Assembly (NCBI GenBank): GCA_026770705.1
Contig: JANJGN010000088.1
Span: 620,001 to 684,000, forward strand
DNA: 64,000 nucleotides
Source: Isurus oxyrinchus
Taxonomy: Eukaryota
Reading direction: 5' to 3'
The notes under the pieces are model-generated. The model was not told the origin of the DNA. It searched no databases and worked only from the letters and a program-made list of their open reading frames with translations. Below are positions 1 to 12,699 of this stretch, one piece after another. How positions within the stretch are numbered: the stretch's first letter is position 1; every line of letters starts with the position of its first letter. The position numbers and the translations under genes are program-made.

Positions 1-383
1 CGTCTGAAAAATATTGCAGTCAGCCCCCCACCTCCCCACCACCCCCACCCCCACCTCCAAACCCGCTGGCAGGGGAACGTAAAGCTCTGCCCGTAGAATT
101 TATCACTTTGTGCGATAATAAGTCATAGCCCACATTTGAATCTCCTCAGCGAGTCATGTTCACACTCAAATTGTCCTTCAATGCAGAAGCAGAGACCAAA
201 CCTGCAGAGCTCCTAAAGCCAAAGAGTCTTCTACAGGAATTTCATCTCGATCCAGGTCTGGAGGTTTGTTCCATTGTTGAAGATGGTGCAGCCCTATCTT
301 GTGATGCAGACACCGTCATCCCATTGCTTATGGTGGAGAAGGCTCACGCTGAAACAAGTGTGGATATGTTACCACTGCCATAA

Positions 384-2390
384 GACCTTAAGACGTAGGA
401 GCAGAGTAGGCCATTCAGCCCATTGAATCTGCTCCGCCATTCAATGAGATCCTGACTGATCTGATAATCCTCAACTCTACTTTCCTGCCTTTTCCCCTAA
501 CCCTTGAAACCCATGATTTCCCCTCCATGAAGCCATGCTGACTCTGCTTGATTAGATTATGTATCTCTAAATGCTCTGCTATTACATCCTTTAAAATAGA
601 CTCTGACATTTTCACAATGACAGATGTTAAGCTAACTGCCCTATCATGACCTGTTTTTTTGTCTCCCTCCTTTTTTGAATAAGGGTGTTACACTGGCCAT
701 TCTCCAAATGTCTGGGACTTTTCCAGAATCTAAGGATTCTTGGAAGATTACTACCAGTGCATCCGCTAACTCTGTAGCTGCTTCCTTTAATATCCTAGGA
801 TGCAACCCATCATGTCCAGGGGACTTATGGGCCTTTAGCCCCATTAGTTTCCCTGATACTTTTTCTCCAGAGATGGTTATGTATTTATTCCACCCCCCAC
901 CCCCACCACCTTTTGCCCCTTGATTATTTAGTAATTTTGGAATTAAAAATCTGTCGATCTCAGCCTTGAATACACTTGATGACCCAGCCTCTAGTGGTAG
1001 AGAATTCCACAGATTGACTACCCTCTGAGAGACTAAATTCCTCCTCATCTCTGTTTTAAATGGGCGACCCTTTACTCTGAGATTATACCCTCTGGTCCGA
1101 GACTCTCCCACAAGGGGAAACAACCTCTCAGCATCTACCCTGTCAAGCTCCCTAAGAATCTTATATGTTTCATTCAGATTGCCTCTCATTCTTCTAAACT
1201 CCAATGAGTACAGGCCCAACCTACTCAACCTCTCCTCATAAGAAAATCCCTCCATACCTAGGATCAACCTAGTGAACCTTCTCTGCACTGCCTCCAATGC
1301 CTGTATATCTTTCCTTAGATCAGGGGACCAAAACTGTTCACAAAATTCTGGGTGTGGTCTAACTAGTGCCTTGTACAGTTTTAGCCAGACTTCCCTATTT
1401 TTATCCTCCATTCCCTTTGAAATAAAGGCCAACATTCCATTTCCCTGCCCTATTACCTGTTGAACTTGTATGTTAGCTTTTTGTGATTCATGCACGAGGA
1501 CTCGCAAATCCCTCTGTGCTGCAACTTTCCGCAATCATTCTCCATTTAAATAGTATTCAGCTCCTCTATTCTCCCTGCCAAAGTGCATAACCTCACATTT
1601 TCCCACGTTATATTCCATCTGCCAAGTTTTTGCCCACTCACTTAACCTGTCTATGTCCCTCTGTAGACTCTTGTGTCATCCTCACCACTTGCTTTCCCAC
1701 TGATTTTTGTGTCATCTGCAAACTTGCCGATCATACATTCACTTCTCTTATCCAAGTCATCATTACATATTGTCAAGAATTGTGCCCCAGCACTGATCCC
1801 TGTGGAACTCCACTCGTTACAGGTACCAACCTGAAAATGCCCCTCTTATCCCAACTCTTTGTCTTCTATTAGTTAGCCAATCCTCTATCCATGCTAACAC
1901 CATGGGCTCTTATTTAGTGGCCTTATATGCGGTACCTTATCAAACGCCTTTTGGAAATCCAAATATATTTCACCCACTGGTTCCCCTTTATCTATCTTGC
2001 TTGTTACCTCCTCAAGAATTCTAAAAAATTTGTCAGCCATGATTTCCCTTCCATGAAGCCATGCTGACTCTGCTTGATTGGATTATGTATCTCTACATGC
2101 TCTGCTATTACATCCTTTATAATAGACTCTAACATTTTCCCAATGACAGAGGTTAAGTGAACTGCCCTATCATTAGCTGCTTCTTGTCTGTCTTGGTTTT
2201 TTGAGTAACGGTGTTACATTGGCCACTCTCCAATTCTCTGGGACTTTTCCAGAATCTAAGGATTCTTGGAAGATTACTACCAGTGCATCCGCTATCCCTG
2301 TAGCTGCTTCTTTTATTATATTAGGATACAACCCATCAGGTCCAGGGAACCTATGGGCCTTTAGTTCCATTAGTTTCCCTAGTAATTTTT
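384..2390 (-). mobile_element. Degenerate CR1-clade LINE (family A): 3' UTR and RT part of ORF2, internally rearranged
   Basis: Minus-strand ORFs carry CR1 RT/C-terminal motifs (KALVRPH, LEAVQRRFTRLI, YEERLSRLGLYSLEFRRMRG, SQRVVNLWNSLP, SPGHDGLHPRILKE). The 3' tail at ~384-500 is the reverse complement of the tail at ~16560-16688. Many stops and frameshifts. Confidence 0.85.
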
Positions 2391-3369
2391 CAGAGAGCTT
2401 ACAAATCATGTCCTCTCTCTCTGACACACACTGAACTCTCTTTTTTGTCTTTTCTCTGTGTCTGTGCCACTTGACCACTGTCGCTGGGCAACAGTAAAAA
2501 ATTTAAGTTGTGTTTTTTTCCCAGAATCACTGAACTTTGAACCCCTTTTAACCCAATAGATCTGACCTTTAGATTCTATCCAGACTCCCAGGCACCAAGG
2601 CTCACAAGCAACCTAAATGAAACTGAAACCATTTTACCTTTTTAACACACAAACGTATAGATTCAATTTAAAAATTATACCTTGTGCATTACACCTCTCC
2701 ACAGAGAAAAAACTGTAAAGGCATCTTTAGATGGCATTTTCATTTTTTATTGGACAATCCCCCCTTATCACTACCTCTATCTTACTTATACAGACTGTGC
2801 TCTGGCAGTAACAATGTATTTACATCAAATATACAAGGATACATGACTCGTCAATAAAAATTTATATTGCACACAAGCCCATTCCGCTCACAACATCCAT
2901 GTTCCTCCACATTTAAACTCTCCCCCTCTCAATTCCTTTTTTTTTATCGGTTTGAAATCTAGTCGCTACACAGTCAGGAAACAATCCAGGATGTTCCTCC
3001 TGTAGCTTCTTAGCTTCTTTCACTTCCACTGCAAGTTCCAACAGCCTTGGTCAGGCCAATATTTTTGAGCCAGCCAGATCACTGCCCAAGAGAAATCTGA
3101 ATTTCTGCTGTAGACATTTTATGCACTACTCCAACTGACGTTAATACTGGGCAAGTCAGCTCCCAGAGTGAAACCTGGCTTGATAGGCCCTAGCTTTTAT
3201 TTTTCAGAAACCGTGCAGAAACGTGACTGCACAAATTCACAGGAGTCTGCGGATGGACCTTTAACACTAATAGAATATTTATTAAAGAAGAAAAATGGAC
3301 TATGTTACAGCAGACAAAAACGTTGGAAGGATCTCAATAAAAACACTAAGGGCCAGGTATTTTCCGATG

Positions 3370-3650
3370 ACAGGGTTTCCCTTCCCACCATCTGAAGAGT
3401 TGGTGGAGAACACATCCTCGTCGATACCGCCTGGCCCACAGCCTTTTATGTTCCAACAAGTGTTAATTGGCTTCAAGCAGGACTTCCCTTCCTCACTCAG
3501 GAGGAAGCCCAGCCTCATAGAGCTGCCGGCCAATCAGATTGGCTGGCAGTTCCCTAGTGCCTGCAGCTCTGGAAAGTGCAGTGGACATGACTGGGAATGC
3601 AAGCAGTCCCCTGAGCCTGAGTCCCGGGAGAGCAGGAACAGGTAGGTTTT
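3370..3650. repeat. Dispersed repeat with internal palindrome (probable non-autonomous DNA-element remnant); second copy at ~29070-29345
   Basis: Aligns by eye with 29070-29345 (cccttcccac..gagttg.tggagaacacatcc.., ctcatagagctgcc..). Contains the imperfect palindrome gagctgccggccaatcagattggctggcagttc. Confidence 0.5.
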
Positions 3651-3789
3651 GGTGGTCTCAGGGTGAGAAAGGTAGTTGAGGCCTGGGGAGGTGGACAGAG
3701 TGGGGTTGGGTGTCAGGTGACAATCCCTGGGGGAGATACCCCTGCAAGGGTGTGAGAACGGATGTCAATTAAAAAAAATATTGTGTTAT

Positions 3790-6700
3790 TCTGTAAAGGA
3801 GGCTGGACTGCACTGGACTGTGGTGTTTGGCTGCAGGAGAGAGCTGCAGTTGGAGATTGGACTGAGAAAGTTTAAGGGTTAAATTAAGGGTTAAATTCCA
3901 TCAAAACTCTCATCTTTCTTTAATTTAGCAATTAACTATAAACTGCTGTTGGGTTGGAAAAAGGTGAGCTTCAGTCCAGCCTTTAAGCAGGGCTCATACA
4001 GGCTCTGCTTGCAACTGCAACTCGTTAATTAGATAACAGGCTTAACCCGATTTACAGAGGCCAGGTTCAGAGAGTATAAATGTATGCTAACTTATAGTGC
4101 TGACTTCGTGTGCACTGGAGTGCTGTGTTTGGCTGTAGCAGAATGCTTCATTTGGAGTTTGGTGACTGAGGGAGTTCATTGAGAAGGGAGGAGGTGCTCC
4201 TTTCTTTCTCAGCCTTTCCTCAGAATGAAGAGTGGCGGCCATGGTAAGTAGGAACTGGTGAGTAAATTAGAAAAGTGTAATATTTTTAAAGTTCCTATAC
4301 TTGGATTTAACTGCGAAGCTCCAGGAATAAGGGAAATCTAGGGCCATTATAATAAAGTAATATAAACTATCCAAAGTGGAATAAAGTTAACGTAAGGGAA
4401 GTAGAGTTAAGGAATGGCAGGGCAGCTCAGTCAAGTGGGATGTACATCCTGCAATATGTGGGAAGTCATGGATGTGACCGGTGTCCTGGACTATCACATG
4501 TGCAGGAAGTGCTGTCAGCTGCAGAAACTTGAGCTCCGGGTTTGAGAGCTTGAACGGCAGCTGGAGTCACTGTGGCACATCCGCGAAGCTGAGAGCTACT
4601 TTGGTAGCATGTTCAGAGATGTGGTCACACCGCAGCTTAAGGGCCTGGAGACAGAGAGGGAATGGGTGACCACCAGGCAGTCCAAGAGAAGTAGGCAGGT
4701 AGTGCAGGAGTCCCCTGGGGTCCCGCTCACAAATCGGTTTTCCGTTTTGGAAGCTGATGAGTGCTCTGGTTCCTCAAGGAGTGCAGTCAGAGCCAAATTT
4801 GTGGCACCATGAGCTGCTCATCTGTACATGAGGGGAGGAAGGAGAAAGGGAGTGCGATAGTGATAGGGGATTCATTGGTTAGGGGAACAGGCAGGCGTTT
4901 CTGTGGCCATAGACGTGACTCCAGGATGCTGTGTTGCCTCCCTGGTGCCAGGGTCAAGGATGTCACAGAATGACTGTAGGACCATCTTCTGGGGGAGGGT
5001 GATCAGCCAGAGGTCGTGGCCCGCATTGGGACCAATGACCTGGGCTGGAAGTGAGATGTGGTCCTGCAATCAGAATTTGGGGAGCTAGGTAAAAAATTAA
5101 CAAGCAGGACTTCTAATGTAGTAATGTCCGGATAGCTCCCAGTGCCACATACCAGTGAGTACAGAAACAGGAGGATAAGTCAGATGAGTGCGTGGCTGGG
5201 AAGATGGTGCAGGAGGGAGGGCTTTAGATTCTTGGGACACTGGGACTGGATCTGGGGGAGATGGCACCTGTACAACACGGGCGGGTTGCACCTGAACAGA
5301 GCTGGGGCTGATTTCCTTGCGGGGCGCTTTGCTAGTACTTTTGGGAGGGCTTTAAACTAACTCGGCAGGGGTGTGGGAACCAAGAAAAAATATTAGAGTG
5401 GAATACCAGGGCACATAAAATACTGGGAGGGACAGATGGCACGAGTATAGAGAATAGTAAGTTCATAGGTAAAGTCAGGGTAAGGGAGAAAGTAACATAA
5501 TCTAAATCAGGGCTTCTATGCCTATATGTGAATGCACGGAGTATAATAACTAAGACTGGGGAGTGACAGGTGCAGTTTGCCATGTGGAAATATGGTTGTT
5601 GTGGTAACAGAGACCTGGCTCAAGGAAGGGCAGAACTGGGTGTTAAATATTCCTGGTACAAGGGGTTCAGAAGAGATAGGGAAGGAAGGAAAGGAGGAAA
5701 GGTGATGGTATTGGTTAAGGAGAGCATTGCAGTGCTGGAGAAAGAGGATGTCCCAGAGAGTTCAAGGACAGAATCAATTTGGCTAGAGCTAAGGAGCAAA
5801 AAGGATGCAATTACATTGCTCGGTGTAGCCTCTAGACCACCAAATAGTGAAAAGGACGGAGAAGAACAAATGTGCAAAGAAATTACAGAGAGATGCAGGC
5901 ATTATAAAGTAATTTTAATGGGGGACTTTAATTACCTGAATGTAGACTAGGACTGTGGTAGTGTAAAGGGGGGAGAGGGGCAAAAGTTCCTAGATTGTGC
6001 TCAGCAGAACTTTCTACAGCAGCATGTGTCCAATCCAACAAGTAAAGATGCACTGTTGGACCTGGTTCTTGGAAATGAGGGGGGCCAAGCAGATCATTTG
6101 TCAGTGAGCGAACACTTAGGGGACAGTGATCATTGTATTGTACGTTTTAGCACGATGATAGAATAGGGTGATAGGCACTTAGAGTAAAAATAATTAACTG
6201 GACAAGAGCTAACTTCGATGAAGCAAGAACTGTGCTGGGCCACATAGACTGGAATGAAAGGTTGGCAGGAAAGACTGTAGCTGAACAATGGGCCACCTTC
6301 AAAAAAGAATTGGTTCGGGCACAGTCAAGGTATATTCCATCAAAAGGGAAAGGTAGGGCAAACAAGTCCACAGCTCCCTGGATGAAGAAGGAGATTGAAG
6401 TTAAGATAAAGAAGAAGAAGTGCACTTATGACAGGTGTCAGGTGGAAAATACAATTGAGAACCAAGAGGAATACAGAAGGTTCAGAAGGGAGGTGTAAAA
6501 GCATATTAGAGAAGCAAAGAGGGATCATGAGAAAAGACTGGCAGCCAACATAAAAGGGAATCCCAAAGTCTTCTATAGGCATACAAATAGTAAAAAGATA
6601 GTAAAAGGAGGAGTAGGGCCAACTAGGGGCCTAAAAGGGAATTCACACATGGCTGAGGTATTAAATGAATACTTTGCATCCGTCTTTACCAAGGAGGTGG

Positions 6701-8681
6701 ATGCTACCCAGGCCATGGTGACAGATGAGGAAACTCTGTCACTAGAAGGGTTCAAAATTGATAAGGAGGAAGTGTTGAATAGACTGTCGGTACTTAAAGT
6801 TGACAAGGCACTGGGACTGCATGAGATGCATCAAAGGATATTGCAGGAAGTGAAAGTAGAAATGGCAGGGGCACTGGCCATAATCTTTCAGTCCTCCCTA
6901 GACTCAGGTGCCAGAGGACTGGAGAATTGTAAACATTATGCCCTTGTTCAAAAAAGGTTGTAAGGATAAGCCCAGCAATTAATGACCGGTCAGTTTAACT
7001 TCAGTGATGGGCAAGATTCTACAAACAATTATTCGGGATAGAATTAGTAGTCACATTGAAAAATATGGGTGAATAAGGAAGAGCCAGCATGGATTTCTAA
7101 AGGGGAAATCATGCTTAACTAACTGGCTGGAGTTTTTTGAAGAGGTAACAAGAGGCTCTTCCTTATCAACCCATATTTTCCCACGTGACTACTAATTCTA
7201 TCCTGAATAATTGTTTCTAGCATCTTGCCCACCACTGAAGTTAAACTGACTGGTTTGTAAATGCTGGTCGTTGAGGGTAATACTGTTGATGTGACATGGC
7301 TTTAGGGTGAAAGGGGAAAGGTTTAGGGGGAACATTAGGGGGAACTTCTTCACTCAGAGAGTGGTGAGAGTGTGGAACAAGCTGCCATCTGACATGGTAA
7401 ATGCAGGCTCACTCTTAAGTTTTAAGAATAAATTAGATAGATACATGGATGGGAGAGGTCTGGAGGGTTATGGACTGGGTGCAGGTCAATGGGACTGGCA
7501 GAATAATATTTCGGCACAGACTGTAGTGTTCTATGGTGTTCATGGATTTTGAAAACGCATTCGACACAGTGCCACACAACCGACTGAAAAGTTATTGCTC
7601 ATGGAATTAAAGGGACAGTAGCAATATGGATACAAAATTGCTGAAAAATAGGAAGCAGAGAGTAATGGTCAATGGATGTTTTTCGGGCTGGAGGAAGGTT
7701 TGTAGTGGAGTTCCCCAGGGGTCGGTATTGGGACCCTTGCTTTTCCTGATATATATTAAAGATCTAGATCTTGGTGTGCAGGGGACAACTTGAAAGTTTG
7801 CAGTTAATACGAAGCTTGGGAGTGTTGTGAACTGCGAGGGGGAAGATGTGGAACTTCAAGAGGACAGGTTGGAGTGGGCAGATAGGTGGCAGATGAAGTT
7901 CAGTGCGGGGAAGTGTGAGGTGATGCATTTTAGTAGGAAGAACGTGGACAGACAATATAAAATAAGGGGTTGGATTTTGAAGGGGGTGCAAGAGTAGAGG
8001 GACTTGGGTGTATTTGTGCATAGATCGTTAAAGGGGGGCAGGACAGGTGGAGAGAGAAGTTAATAAAGCATATAGTATCCTGGGCTTTATTAATAGGGGC
8101 ATAGAGTACAAGAGCAGGGAGGTTATGCTTAATTTATATAAGACACTCGTTAGATCTCAAGTGGAATATTGTGCACAGTTCTGGGCACCATTTATAAGAA
8201 GGGTGTGAGCACACTGGAGAGAGTGCAGAACAGGTTTACAAGAATGGTCCCAGAGATGAGAAACTTCAGCTATGAGGATAGATTGGAGAAGTTGGGACTG
8301 TTTTGCTTGGAGAGGGGAAGGCTAAGAGGGGACTTGTTGGAAGTTTTCAAAATCATGAGGGGGCTGGACAGAATAGAAGCTGTTCCCACTCATAAAAGGG
8401 TCAAGAATGAGAGGGCACAGATTTAAAGTGGTTTGCAAAAGAAGCGTGAGAAAAAAGCTTTTCACACAACCAGTAGTTCGGGTCTGGAATGCACTGCCAA
8501 GAAGTGTGGTGGAGCCAGGCTGAATCGAAGCATTCAAGAGGGCATGAAATGATTATTTGGATAGAAACAAGGGTGCAGAGGTATGGGGAAAAGTCGGGGC
8601 ATGGTAATATGTCATAATGCTCATCTGGACAGCTGGTGCAAACATGATGGACCAAATGGCCTCCTTCTCTGCTGTTAAGGG
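3790..8681 (+). mobile_element. Near full-length degenerate CR1-clade LINE: ORF1 (zinc finger, coiled coil, SGNH/GDSL esterase) and ORF2 (APE endonuclease, RT)
   Basis: ATG at 4414 reads MAGQLSQVGCTSCNMWE..HMCRKC (CxxC..CxxC). Esterase motifs IVIGDSLVRG, CCLPGARVKDV and GLHLN. Endonuclease motifs TESIWLEL, SRPPNS and ILMGDFNY. RT C-terminus (RVQNRFTRMVP, YEDRLEKLGLF). Disrupted by stops. Confidence 0.9.
7295..7545 (+). mobile_element. Short nested 3'-end fragment of another CR1 LINE, inserted in the host RT region
   Basis: Encodes FFTQRVVRVWNKLP plus a 3' UTR. It interrupts the host VDV..MDF.KAFD motif, and a CATGG duplication flanks it. Confidence 0.7.
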
Positions 8682-8923
8682 NNNNNNNNNNNNNNNNNNN
8701 NNNNNNNNNNNNNNNNNNNNNNNNNNNNNNNNNNNNNNNNNNNNNNNNNNNNNNNNNNNNNNNNNNNNNNNNNNNNNNNNNNNNNNNNNNNNNNNNNNNN
8801 NNNNNNNNNNNNNNNNNNNNNNNNNNNNNNNNNNNNNNNNNNNNNNNNNNNNNNNNNNNNNNNNNNNNNNNNNNNNNNNNNNNNNNNNNNNNNNNNNNNN
8901 NNNNNNNNNNNNNNNNNNNNNNN
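8682..8923. other. Assembly gap (242 N)
   Basis: Run of n characters. Confidence 1.
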
Positions 8924-9826
8924 GGCAAGGGATTGATAGGAGGCAGGATGTCTTGGGGTTTGAAAACATGAAAAGGATAGAGCTGTTAAGTTTGAGGTAC
9001 AAGTAAATAGATTCAATCTAACTTTTGCATTTTTAGATAAGTTGAGAGTTTGACTGAATATTAAAGAGCAGTCAGAGATAGAAAGAAACATGTTTACATC
9101 TTAAATGTGTTCCATAGGTAACTCGCAGTGGGGATATTATATTTTACTGACCCAAAAGCAAAGACAAGATGGAAACATGTAAGATTTAATATTAGGTAGG
9201 GTCTAAGTTTCAAAGAGGTGTGAGAAGGGAAGTAAGAAGATATTTTAGAGTTGCTGTTGAGGAGAAGCTATAGAGATGGCTGGAGACAGCTGGGACTGTG
9301 TGAGCTGTTGGGCTATAGCTGGAGCTCTGGGCTGGGAGAGGATGCCATTTGAATCACCCATCCAGTCAAGCCAGAAAAGTCTTGGGCTGCAGCAAGCAGT
9401 TTTATTCTGAAGTGGATTCCACTGCAGAGTGGAAATGGGTAGAGGTCATGTGGTATATGTTTACTGAAGCTACAGCAGTTTGCCTCGTGTAATATTACTG
9501 CATTTCATAGTTAAACACCTATAAGGGAGGTTGCCCGGAAGGTTTTTATTTGTGGGTTGACCAAGTAGAGAGTTTTTGGGGGAATGTTTTGTAAGATTAA
9601 CCTTAGTTGTGTAACTGTACTCTTGTGTACTTAACTTTTCTTTCATGTTTGTTAATAAAACTTTTACTTTTAACTTTTAAAACCCTAAATGTGACTGGGC
9701 CTCTTGCTGCTGAGGTCAGTGAGTCTGCTCATTTTCAGAATACAAAAAAACGGGTTTGACCCATAAGTCAAATTTCCCTCTGGGATTTGGGTTCCACTGC
9801 AATTAACACCAGCTATGGTCATAACA
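8924..9826 (+). mobile_element. Partial LTR (5' end lost in the gap), related to the solo LTR at 34352-35243
   Basis: Ends in ..GTCATAACA with a 3' region resembling that of the 34352-35243 LTR. AATAAA at ~9654. The 9540-9700 part is also similar to 29390-29570. Confidence 0.55.
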
Positions 9827-10129
9827 AGGAGACAGACCTTTAGGGTGGGTACCCGATGTTAAACAGAGGCTGCTGATGAAAGTGACCCCCTGCCCCTTCC
9901 TGCCTGAGGTCCGAACAGCTATAATTTTTAGGCTCCCAACTTGCTGCTGAATTCCTCCTGCGAGCCTGAAAATTGAGGCTGGGAGGAAAACAGCCAAAAG
10001 TGGTCAATAATTGGCCACTTAAGGGCCTCAATTGGGGCAAGAGCACGTTCGCCTGACACGGTGTAAAATTGCGAACTGGTTGGGGGATGCAGGAACCTAT
10101 CAGGAAGGCCATCCAACACATTTTATGCT

Positions 10130-10450
10130 CACTTCCACCATCATGTAAAAGGCTACATGGGCTGGTAGGTATCGAACTCAAGGCCACAGGACAACTGAAT
10201 GTATCCCTTCAATACAGAGATGACAATCACTGAAAACTTATATGTGACCCTGAACCAGAGTTGTTCACTCTCAAGTAGGAAAGCCTGTGCTGACTTACAT
10301 CTGATCTGTAGAGCAGAGGAACTGGAAAGCCAAGAACATCAGCCTACAACCTTCAGAGCTGAATTTCCACAGCTCTTCATTGGACCAGGAATGCTGGAGA
10401 CAACTTACCACATCACTCCAAGTCCTGAAACCAAACCAGTGTGTTTGTTA
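10130..10450 (+). pseudogene. Gypsy-type LTR retrotransposon pol remnant (protease-RT junction)
   Basis: The peptide LYVTLNQSCSLSSRKACADLHLICRAEE..FRAEFPQLFIGPGMLETTYHIT..ETKPVCL resembles the protease/RT linker of metazoan Gypsy polyproteins. Recognised from memory, not searched. Confidence 0.5.
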
Positions 10451-10518
10451 AAAACCGAGAAAAATCCCTCATCTGCTCCTGCTAAAAGTATAGGAGGAAA
10501 TAAATTTCACTTTGTAGT

Positions 10519-12690
10519 GTCATTTACAGAGTGAGAGAAACAGCATGGTCATTTACAGTGAGAAAGAGTGAGAGAAACAGTGTGGTCATTTACAGAGTGA
10601 GAGAGTGAGAGAAACAGCGTGGTCATTTACAGTGAGAGAGAAACAGTGTGGTCATGTACAGTGAGAGAGAAACAGTGCGGTCATTTACAGTGAGAGAGAA
10701 ACAGTGCGGTCATTTACAGTGAGAGAGAAACAGTGCGGTCATTTACAGTGAGAGAGAAACAGTGCGGTCATTTACAGTGAGAGAGAAACAGCGGGGTCAT
10801 TTACAGTGAGAGAGAAACAGTGTGGTCATTTACGGTGAGAGAGTGTGAGAGAAGCAGCGTGGTCATTTACAGTGAGAAAGAGTGAGAGAAACAGTGTGGT
10901 CATTTACAGTGAGAGAAAAACAGTGTGGTCATTTACAGTGAGAGAGAAACAGTGTGGTCATTTACAGTGAGAAAGAGTGAGAGAAACAGTGTGGTCATTT
11001 ACAGTGAGAGAGAAACAGCGGGGTCATTTACAGAGTGAGAGAGTGAGAGAAACAGTGTGGTCATTTACAGTGAGAGAGAAACAGTGTGGTCATTTACAGT
11101 GAGAAAGAGTGAGAGAAACAGTGTGGTCATTTACAGTGAGAGAGAAACAGCGGGGTCATTTACAGTGAGAGAGAAACAGTGTGGTCATTTACGGTGAGAG
11201 AGTGTGAGAGAAGCAGCGTGGTTATTTACAGTGAGAAAGAGTGAGAGAAACAGTGTGGTCATTTACAGTGAGAGAGAGTGAGAGAAGCAGCGTGGTCATT
11301 TACAGTGAGAGAGAAACAGTGTGGTCATTTACAGTGAGAGAGAAACAGCGGGGTCATTTACAGTGAGAGAGAAACAGCGGGGTCATTTACAGTGAGAGAG
11401 AAACAGTGTGGTCATTTACGGTGAGAGAGTGTGAGAGAAGCAGCGTGGTCATTTACAGTGAGAAAGCGTGAGAGAAGCAGCGTGGTTATTTACAGTGAGA
11501 GAGAAACAGTGTGGTCATTTACGGTGAGAGAGTGTGAGAGAAGCAGCATGGTCATTTACAGTGAGAGAGAAACAGTGTGGTCTTTCATGGTGAGAGAGAA
11601 ACAGTGTGGTCATTTACGGTGAGAGACAAACAGCGGGGTCATTTACAGTGAGAGAGAAACAGTGTGGTCTTTCATGGTGAGAGAGAAACAGTGTGGTCAT
11701 TTACGGTGAGAGAGAAACAGTGTGGTCATTTACGGTGAGAGAGAAACAGTGTGGTCATTTACGGTGAGAGAGAAACAGTGTGGTCATTTACAGTGAGAGA
11801 AGCAGCATGGGCATTTACAGTGAGAGAAACAGTGTAGTCATTTACAGTGAGAGAGTGTCAGAAAATCAGCGTGGTCATTTACAGTGAGAGAGTGAGAGAG
11901 AAGCAGCATGGGCATTTACAGTGAGAGAGAAACAGTGTAGTCATTTACAGTGAGAGAGTGTGAGAGAAGCAGCATGGGCATTTACAGTGAGAGAGAAACA
12001 GTGTAGTCATTTACAGTGAGAGAGTGTCAGAGAATCAGCGTGGTCATTTACAGGGAGTGAGTGCGAGAGGAGCGGGGCCTTTAACAGTGAGAGAGGAGAA
12101 GTGTGGTCATTTACAGCAAGAGAGTGTGAGAGAAGCAGCATGGGCATTTACAGTGAGAGAGAAACAGTGTAGTCATTTACAGTGAGAGAGTGTCAGAGAA
12201 TCAGCGTGGTCATTTACAGTGAGAGAGTGTCAGAGAATCAGCGTGGTCATTTACAGTGAGAGAGTGGCAGAGAAACAGTGTGGTCATTTACAGGGAGTGA
12301 GTGTGAGAGGAGCAGGGCCTTTAACAGTGAGAGAGTGAGAGAGGAGAAGTGTGGTCATTTACAGTGAGAGAGAAACAGCGTCGTCATTTACAGCGAGAGA
12401 ATGTGAGAGAAGCAGTGTGGTCATTAGCAGGAGCGAATGTGAGAGGAGTGGGGCCTTTAACAGTGAGAGAGTGTCAGAAAAACTGTGTGTTCATTTATAG
12501 TGAGAGACTGTGATGAAACAGCGTAGTATTTACAGTGAGAGAAACAGCGGGGCCATTTACAGTGAGAGAGAAACAGTGTGGTCTTTCATGGTGACAAACA
12601 GTGTGGTGATTTCTAGTGAGTGAGTGTGGGAGAAAGAGTGGTCATTTACAGTGAGAGAGTGCGGGAGAAGCAGTGTGGTCCTGTACAGGA
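10519..12690. repeat. Minisatellite, ~29-bp core unit (gtggtcatttacagtgagagagaaacagt) with 38-40-bp variants
   Basis: Directly visible tandem array of ~2.2 kb. Confidence 0.95.
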
Positions 12691-12699
12691 GTGAATGCA

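Noticed and set aside
644-1534. 296-aa ORF as an active reverse transcriptase
   Set aside because: It is a chance in-frame fusion of the LINE C-terminus with a displaced internal segment and lacks the catalytic RT core.
8401-9091. Long ORFs spanning 8.4-9.1 kb
   Set aside because: Artefacts of translating the N gap.
10519-12690. RSS-like 'tacagtg agagag' motif in every unit of the 29-bp array
   Set aside because: The essential CAC of the heptamer is missing (TAC) and there is no nonamer at 12 or 23 spacing.
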